Assembly (NCBI GenBank): GCA_951406725.2
Contig: OX597815.1
Span: 109,430,001-109,494,000 of the forward strand
DNA: 64,000 bases
Origin: Octopus vulgaris
Lineage: Eukaryota
Direction of reading: 5' to 3'
Notes under the pieces: generated by a model
The model's input: the letters and a program-made list of their open reading frames with translations, nothing else
Database searches by the model: none
Told to the model about the DNA's origin: nothing
Program-made: the position numbers and the translations under genes
In this document: piece by piece, positions 55,459 to 64,000 of the stretch
Position numbering within the stretch: position 1 is the first letter of the stretch
How the letters are laid out: each line of letters begins with the position of its first letter

Positions 55459-55858
55459 TTACTCTTTACTCTTTACTCTTTTACTTGTTTCAGTCATTTG
55501 ACTGCGGCCATGCTGGAGCACCGCCTTTAGTCGAGCAAATCGACCCCGGGACTTATTCTTTGTAAGCCCAGTACTTATTCTATCGGTCACTTTTGCCGAA
55601 CCGCTAAGTGACGGGGACGTAAACACACCAGCATCGGTTATCAAGCAATGCAAGGGGGACAAACACAGACACACACACACACACATATATATACATATAT
55701 ACGACAGGCTTCTTTCAGTTTCCGTCTACCAAATCCACTCACAAGGCATTGGTCGGCCCGGGGCTATAGCAGAAGACACTTGCCCAAGATGCCACGCAGT
55801 GGGACTGAACCCGGAACCATGTGGTTGGTTAGCAAGCTACTTACCACACAGCCACTCC
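55459..55858 (-). mobile_element. SINE family A, full length
   Basis: A/B boxes, CORE-like TCTTGGGCAAGTGTCTT, (AAAGAGT)n tail. Confidence 0.92.
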
Positions 55859-56439
55859 TACACCTAGAGATTGCCTTCTCTAGGTGTAGGAGATGCAGAC
55901 CAACATCTTAATTTGATACGACGAGTTGACAGTACTCATGTAAAGTCATCTTGCACATCAGGAGTGATGATGATATAGCCAAGCGCACAAAGAATGTCTT
56001 GGTCGTTAACATTAAAAAGTAGTCCCATGTAGATATGCAATTAATTGTTTAATTTACTAGTTGCTCTTTTTTCTTTTTTCGCGAAACTCTTGATTTTTTC
56101 TTGTGAATCTCTTGCTTCCTTGAATGAGATGTCTTTGATGATATCTTTGAATGTTTCACCAGACATTTCAACGTGTTTCCAAGTGCTTTTAATGTTTCTG
56201 TTTCTTTTTTAGTTCTGCATTTACCAACAGCTTCCTTTGTTGCTGTAACTATCATGTAACGTCTGGTTTTCCTTTGTCTCTATCGTACGACATTATTTTA
56301 ACAACAACCAATCCAATTACGAAGTTAAAATTGCTATCTTTGTATCTTTTAGCATGTTGCTCATTTGTCAAATCAAACAGCTTTTATTTTTCCATGTCTG
56401 CAAGACCATCTTGTTACATTCTAAGATTTGTTCTTCATT

Positions 56440-56960
56440 AACTGTAACAGAGTGAGGTGGAGTCGAGATAGAAGTGAGAATCGGTGGTTCTAGAAGGAGA
56501 AAAAAGGAGACGGTGGGATGGTCAACCAAAAAAGAGATATCCGAGAAGTTAATAAGAGTGGTAGAGACAATAGAGGGGAGTTCTAAGGTAGGGTGGAAAG
56601 AGTCCACGAAAATGGTTAAGTAAATGAGTTGTTCATAGTTAGGGAAACGTCACAAATACAATCGATGAAATAAGGGCTGGCGAAATAGGATCCAACGTAA
56701 TCAACGCGTATGATTGTATAGTCACAGCTCATCCTGGTGCCCACAGCAACGCCTGTAAACTTTTTGTAGATTTCTCTGGAAAGAAAATAGAAAACAGTAG
56801 AAAAGGGTAAGGATGATGGTTTTTCAAGCGTAGTACAATGGACAAGAATTTTGAAAGCTGTATGGTGTAGATAAGGTGCGGGAGAGACTAAGTGAAATGT
56901 TGGTGTGTGATAGTGAAAGTAAGACTTTGGTCGCAGGATGTGGTCAGATGGTAATTTACA
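56440..56960 (-). pseudogene. Penelope-like reverse transcriptase relic
   Basis: YKKFTGVAVGTRMS (cf. YxQxxGVAMGTRM) and FVDSFHPTLEL..INFSDIS (cf. FxNSFHPxLKFT..LPFLDI); heavily degraded. Confidence 0.65.
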
Positions 56961-57425
56961 TTAGAATAGAGGGTTGAGTATCTGCCGAAGCACTTCGCTC
57001 TTGGACAGATCGGACTGCCACTCCAATATAACACCATTCTTATTGGCGCGTTTAACGATGATATATCTAACAAAAAAGAAAGAAATATTGATTAATTAAT
57101 TATTTAATTATTTCAATAAATACAAGGGACAACCTTTCGTCTTAATATCACAGCGAAGTATAGTGTTCCACATACCGAATTAGTGATAAACGAAGCAGTA
57201 AATGCACAAGATTATATATTACTTCTTTATTTTTCTATGTCGGCCAATGTATAAAATACTGCGCATTCATGTGGCACTGATCCCACACCATAACATCGGA
57301 ATATACATATACGATTTTCTATGTTTCTTGTTTTCTTTTTTTTTTTCTTTTTGCACGCTGATGGCATCTTTAAATTGCGTGTCTACCATAATTGCTACAA
57401 ATGTGTGTCAATATGTATACGTATA

Positions 57426-57790
57426 AGGCGGCGAGCTGACAGAAACGTTAGCACGCCGGGCGAAATGCTTAGCGGTATTTCGTCTGCCGCTACGTTCTGA
57501 GTTCAAATTCCGCCGTGGTCGACTTTGCTCTTCATCCTTTCGGGGTCGATAAATTAAGTACCAGTTACGCACTGGTGTCGATGTAACCGACTTAATCCGT
57601 TTGTCTGGCCTTGTTTGTCCCCTCTGTGTTTAGCCCCTTGTGGGTAGTAAAGAAATAGGTATTTCGTCTGTCTTTACGTTCTGAGTTCAAATTCCGCCGC
57701 GGTCGACTTCGCCTTTCATCCTTTCGGAGTCGATAAATTAAGTATCAGTTGCGCTTTGGGGTCGATCTAATCGAATGGACGCCCTCCCCT
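57426..57790 (+). mobile_element. SINE family B, dimeric
   Basis: tRNA-like head with GAGTTCAAATTCC B-box; CTTCATCCTTTCGGGGTCGATAAATTAAGTACCAG domain resembles the Meta/MESC SINE domain (from memory). Confidence 0.9.
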
Positions 57791-58339
57791 AACTTATGAA
57801 AGTTAGGTGCTTGCAAAAACAAAATTGATGCATTTAGACTTAAACTTTTGTAAACGAAAAGACTAGCAAGAAACGTGGCAAAACTGGCGTAAGTTAAATA
57901 TCATAAATAGAAATAACTTATACTGAATTTGAAAACAAAGCGAACAGGAAAGCTTTTACGTCGATCGCTAGAAATAGCAGTCAAGTGGTCACGCGACAAT
58001 CCCGGCTATCTACGCTGGCGTGGCTGTGTGGTAAGAAGCTTGCTTCCCAACCGCATGGTTCCAGGCTCAGTCCTACTGGTTTGGCACCTTGGGAAAATGT
58101 CTTATACTTTAGGACGGTGGACAAGGACGAACAGACGAGCAAAAAGCTAGGAATACAAGAGTAGAAAGGCTAGAATAGATGTGTTTCTGTTATACTCAAC
58201 GTACACTGAGGTCTTCCAAATGTAGATCAAGCGGCGATTGTGCAATTACAGTGGATGACGCCAGGTAGCCATAGGCAGTGAACCTGCTTTATCGGCATGC
58301 TACGACAAGTTTCTATTTTAGCGAATATATATTCGTTTC

Positions 58340-58850
58340 TTCTATTACTTATTTCAGTGATTTAACTGCGGCCATGCTGGAACACCGCCTTAAAAGGTTT
58401 TAGTTGAAGAAATCGACCCCAGGACTTATTCTTTTTAAGCCTAATACTTATTCTAGCGGTCACTCTTGTCGAACCGCTAAGTTACAGCAGTGACTTAAAC
58501 ACACTGCTATCAGTTGTCAAGCGATGATGGGGAGACAAATACAGCCACACACAAATATATACATACATAATACAACAGGCTTCTTTCAGTTTCCGTCTAC
58601 CAAATCCACTCACAAGGCTTTGGTCGGCTCAAGATACTTGCCCAATGTGCCGCGCAGTGGGACTGAACCCGGAATCATGTGATTGGGAAACAAGCTTGTT
58701 ACCACACAGTCACGGGTACCACACAGTTTCTATCTGTCAAATTAGCTCAGTCAGTCTATAGTAGAAAACACTTGCTCAAAGTGTCGCACAGTTGGACTGA
58801 ATCCGAAATACGTGGGCGCAAAGCGAGCTCTTTTATCACACGGCCATTCT
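58340..58850 (-). mobile_element. SINE family A with duplicated head (further + strand head fragment at about 58016-58110)
   Basis: Alignment to the 55459 copy. Confidence 0.82.
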
Positions 58851-58870
58851 TACACCTAAAAAGGAAAATT

Positions 58871-59538
58871 GGTGCTACTATAGTATGATATCTACCTTGC
58901 TATTTGCGACCTACTATAAATGACAATGCACTCTACCAAACAACCCACTTACGGCTTTCAGCAATCAATTCTAGCACATTTGATTGTCGGTACTTTTATG
59001 TTCAACGAAGAGATTGGGACACTTTGATTCCTATCATAGAACGTGAATGTAAGCTTGACTTTGTAATCCATTCCGATGAGTGGCCGGCCCACCATTGCTT
59101 AAAGAATATCGGCAGTCAGCATAAAACCGTCAATCATCGAGTGAATTATGTGGTCCCGACATCAGGATCTCATATATACGCTATTGGGCGATCTTGGCTT
59201 GATGCCAAGACTGAAATACTCAAGGAATACAGAGGCGTACCTACGCAACATTTTCAATCACATATGGATCATTATTGTTGGAAAATGCAAAGGAAAAACG
59301 ATGACCTGTTCACTGCTTTTTTTAAAATGGTATCAGATCAGTTTACAAACATTAAAATCAATATTTGATCATTTTTTATTTTGTATAATATGGTGTTAAT
59401 GTCTTAAGAAGTTAGTGATTTTTAGTAAACTTTGCACTACAAACTGCTCCTTTCCTTTTGTAGAATAAACGTTTAATGATTTTTAACATATTTCATACTA
59501 TCAACAGTTGGTAATAGAGATCATACTATAGTAGCACC
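58871..59538 (+). mobile_element. Merlin (IS1016/ISXO2-like) DNA transposon, internally deleted
   Basis: 24-bp TIRs GGTGCTACTATAGTATGAT(A/C)TCTA, perfect 8-bp TSD GGAAAATT (58863-58870 / 59539-59546); ORF with TLIPII..IHSDEWPA..HKTVNH. Confidence 0.92.
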
Positions 59539-59615
59539 GGAAAATTTCCTTGCCATTTCTGACCTGTTGATTGACCATGTATGTGTTCACTCATTGCTGG
59601 TATCAACTTATGATG

Positions 59616-60010
59616 GTTAGTTAGTTAGTTAGTTAGTTAATTTGGCTCAAAAGCAAATAGCAAGGCCATGTAGGGGGACATGGAGTTAAGTACAGGGTGG
59701 TGATCATGTAAAGAGTTCAGGCCACTTGAGGTCCAGGGAGGCTTTGAACAAAGCGGTCGTCGGCATCTTCACCATCTCGTCTGGCAGCTTGTTCCACGGA
59801 TCCGCAACCCGGACGGAGAAAGCCCCTCTCCTTCGATTGAGATGAAATCGTCGCAGGTAGAGCTTTTCGGAATGACCCCCGCAGCCGACGCTCTGGAGCA
59901 GGAGTGAAGAACAGCTCTTTCGAGAGGTTACACTTTCCGCTTATGATGTTGTGGGCGAGAATGAGATCACCACGGCGGCGGCGTTTTTCAAGAGAATAAA
60001 GGTCGAGCGT
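59616..60010 (-). mobile_element. 3' end of CR1-clade LINE
   Basis: LDLYSLEKRRRRGDLI..FSVRVADPWNKLP..FKASLD C-terminus (one frameshift), stop at 59704-59706, (TAAC)n tail. Confidence 0.9.
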
Positions 60011-60269
60011 CACAAACATCTTCCTCATGGCAATCAAGGAAATTGTTATTTGAGGGACATTTGATGGCTATTCCTTACATGTTGCATTTTTTGGGTAGAA
60101 GTGGTGCACTATATCCTTCAATCATGTTTTTTTTCTTCTTCATTGTTAAATTCGTTTCACAATACCGAATGTATATCGAACAAAATATCTTTCCGTTCGC
60201 CATGCTTTAAAAGTTACTACATCGTTCATCCGCCGAACTGTGTGAATCGTCTGCTCAAAAATAGTGACA

Positions 60270-60566
<297 letters not shown>

Positions 60567-61137
60567 ACGCACACACACACACACATACTTGTTAAATAGG
60601 CGTGATTGTATTGGATGACACGCAAGCGGAAGCTTTTAGTGATAGTCGGAGGAAGAGAAGAGTGGGGAGTTAACGAATTTAACCAGTTAGAGTATAGATG
60701 AAAGGCGGGGAGAGAAAGAAAGAGAGAGAGAGAGAGACTGAAAGAGAAACTGGAGAAGAATGGGAGAACGTAATATAAGACTAAGCGAGAGAGAAAGAGA
60801 AATAAAACAAAAAGGAAGAGAAATAGGTGGACACCTCTAAAGCCACAGAAAATTGACTGAAAGTAAGTGAGATTAGAGATTTGCGTAGACTCGCAGGCAC
60901 ACATATACACAAGTACAAATATTTTTATATTGAATCTTAATCACTTAATATGTATGTTTAAGAGTGCCACTGCGTGATTACTGAAAAACAAAATAAAATA
61001 TAATTTATATAATGATGTAAGAGTTTCGCTTCGCAAGAGAGTATCGTTCATGGTTCGATCACAGTGAACGATAGATACCTTGTGCAAATGTCCTCTATAA
61101 CCTGGCACGATTCGAATTCAGTGGAAGATAGCTGTAT

Positions 61138-61203
<66 letters not shown>

Positions 61204-62005
61204 AACTAGTCACGCACACACACACACATATCCATGTGAATGTATGCATACATATAAATCGGTATGTGTGTATGAAAGTATGTATGTATGAAGGGAGAAC
61301 TATCTTATAGCTGGGCGGGACAAGCATTGCTCATGTTTCTTCAGCAGGATCTTCGAGACTAGTGGGGTTGAATGAAGTGATCCTCAAATTGTTGCCACAG
61401 GGAGAACTCCGTTGTTAGTACACAGGTGCCTGGTAAATCGAGTGTCGAAGTAAATTTAGTTCACACCCAACAGACCATAGCGGGATTTGAACTCAGAGCG
61501 CTGAGTGTCAGAGTAAATCTGATGCCCTACTTATTCACATGTATGTACGTATGTATGTATGTATGTATGCATGTATATATGTATGTATGCGTGTGTATGT
61601 TTTTATTTACGTCTGGATGTGTTTGTATGAGATTTATTCGTACTTTTCATTACACGCTCGCACAAACAAGCATGGGCGTGCACACACACACACACAATAT
61701 TCCGTGGCTTGTTTGCAGTTATTGAACTACGGCCATGCTGTAGCTTGGCCTTCAAAATCTATTGTTGATTATATTGATTTTGCTTCTTTATCTGCTACTT
61801 AATTTGTAGATCTCGTGAGGGAGCTCGGTGCATTCAGCCGAGATATGAAGGCGGGAATAACTTGAACGAAATCAAAGAGCATAAAGCATGTATGCGTTTG
61901 AGGGTCGGAGTGATTGGGAAATTAAATGTAAGAGAAAGAGAGAAATGCTGTTTCGAATTTAGAATAGGACTACCAGCGCGTGTGTGCGTATTAGAAAATA
62001 AAGTG

Positions 62006-62383
62006 GAGGCGCAATGGCCCAGTGGTTAGGGCAGCGGACTCGCAGTCATAGAAACGCGGTTTCAATTCCCAGACAAGGTGTTGTGAGTGTTTATTGAACG
62101 AAAACACCTAAAGCTCCACGAGGCTTTAGCAGGGGTTGATTGCGAACCCTGCTGTACTCTTTCACCACAAATTCTTCTCACTCTTTCTTCCTGTTTCTGT
62201 GGTACCTGTATTTCAAAGGGCCAGCCATGTCACACTCTGTGTCACGCTGAATCTCCCCGAGAACTACGTTAAGGGCACACGTGTCTGTGGAGTGCTCAAC
62301 CACTTACACGTTAATTTCACAAGCAGGCTGTTCCATTGATCGGATCAACTGGAACCCTCGTCGTCGTAACCGACGGAGTACCA
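62006..62383 (+). mobile_element. tRNA-derived SINE family C variant
   Basis: TGGCCCAGTGGTTAGG A-box, GGTTTCAATTCCC B-box; head as at 36348, tail as at 46279. Confidence 0.85.
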
Positions 62384-62520
62384 CGACGTATTTTGCAGTC
62401 TCATCCGGTAAAAAATAACAAGAGAGAGTAAAGGAAAAGGAGGGAGAAAGATAGATAAGGTAGCGAATGAGAATGTAAAGCAAGACGTATTAATTGGAAA
62501 ATTTAAGAATCAATTAACTA

Positions 62521-62589
<69 letters not shown>

Positions 62590-62941
62590 ACAGACAGAAA
62601 GTGAGAGTGATAGCTAGACTGAGCGAAAGAAAGCAAGGATGAAAAAGCCAGACACAGGCAGTGGGTGTGCACGACAATGTATGTATATGTGTGTGTGTGT
62701 GAGTGGGTGCATATATGTGTGTGTGTGTGTGTGTGTGTTTGTGTGCGTATGTGTGTGTGTTTGATGAAACCCAACGATCAGCAAATTAGTGTCTTATATC
62801 TGTCGTATTTCTACTTCGATTATTTGTTTGTGGAGTGACATCTAAGACATATTCAATTCTAGCAATTGGTTTGAAAAAAAAATTTGAATTTTATATATTT
62901 TGTATTTTCAGTATATCTACGTTAGGTCGTTTTAAGCGATT

Positions 62942-62988
<47 letters not shown>

Positions 62989-63429
62989 TATATATATATG
63001 CCCACTCCCACTCTATGTCTTACATCCACTCCCACATACCCCATCTCTACCCCATCCTCAGCCTACCCACATACCCCACCTCTACCCCAACCCTCAGCCT
63101 ACCCACACCCCACCCTTGCTTTCCCCACTCTCGCCTTCCCCACATCCCAAAACCCTCACACCACACCACACACCACTACACCATACACCACCATACCACA
63201 CAACACCAAATCACATAACATCACATCACGTCACACCACCACGCTAGCACTGACCACTTCCCAACCGCGCATCCACACACTTACACATAGACACACGCAC
63301 ATATCAAGGTCACCAGCCCTCTTCCACACGTACATACAAGCTGTCTTACAAACGCGCGCCTTTGTTTTGGGATCACCACTATTTTATTATCTTCCCTTCT
63401 TCCTAGCTCTCCTGTGTGACCCCTCTGTC

Positions 63430-63607
63430 CGGCATTCGCTATGATAGATCGATAGCCACTACACATTCTTTATATTCTCTCCTTGTTTCTTTCTGCGTTC
63501 CTTTCTAGGCTCGAAATGTTAAAGACTTTTTCACTTCCCGAGCGTTAAACTAATACATCTGTTTGTTGTCTACACCACCTGTCTTCGTCTTTTTTTTTGT
63601 GAATTCT

Positions 63608-63610
<3 letters not shown>
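63430..63610 (+). mobile_element. Penelope-like short element ending at (TA)n
   Basis: Homologous to 52772-52975; retains GCTCGAAA but the core is deleted; end GTGAATTCTCCCTATA also occurs inverted at about 22005-22033. Confidence 0.6.
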
Positions 63611-63643
<33 letters not shown>

Positions 63644-63708
63644 TCTACTTTCTATTAATCTCTCTCCCTCTCTCTTTCTCCTTATATCTATACATACATA
63701 TGTGTGTG

Positions 63709-63749
<41 letters not shown>

Positions 63750-64000
63750 ATGTGTGTGTGTGTGTTTATATATATATGTGTGTGTGTGTGTTTGGTATAT
63801 ATGTATGGATATAGTGATATGAATATCCACACACACACACAAACAAACACACACATATACATATATACATACAAGCAGGTAACGGTAAGAATATAATCAT
63901 ATACATATTGCATGCAGAAAAAATATCTATATAGATGTGTACTTTACTTCATTTTATTCATTTTTTTACTTCATTTTATTTATTTATTTTTATTAGTCGC

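Noticed and set aside
62006-62080. Apparent tRNA genes (also 36348, 57426)
   Set aside because: No complete cloverleaf; each continues into a multi-copy SINE body.
62998-63300. C-rich tract with Pro/His/Thr ORFs and minus-strand G-quadruplex potential
   Set aside because: Low-complexity sequence with a short tandem duplication; nothing indicates function.

Overview
AT-rich eukaryotic DNA that looks intronic or intergenic and is saturated with microsatellites ((TA)n, (TG)n, (TACA)n, (AAT)n, (GAT)n, (GAA)n) and transposon relics. The SINE set and repeat density suggest an octopus (coleoid cephalopod) genome; this is inferred, not verified. I found no host protein-coding exon, and nearly all ORFs in the track are microsatellite artefacts. 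Recognisable elements: three or more tRNA-derived SINE families; R4/Dong-type restriction-endonuclease LINE pieces abutting (TACA)n or (AAT)n; CR1, Jockey-like and Penelope RT relics; Helitrons (one with a Pif1 helicase fragment); a Merlin element with intact TIRs and TSD; mariner, maT and Tigger relics. The most notable signal is a set of short, unrelated, (TA)n-embedded elements that each carry a minimal type I hammerhead-ribozyme motif in Penelope/retrozyme-like partial-tandem or inverted layouts. One has a compensatory G3-C8 core swap and one carries about 2.4 kb of microsatellite cargo. Also notable is an apparently ORF1-only Tx1/L1-like element inserted with a TSD into a SINE tRNA head. 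All calls were made by eye, without database searches.
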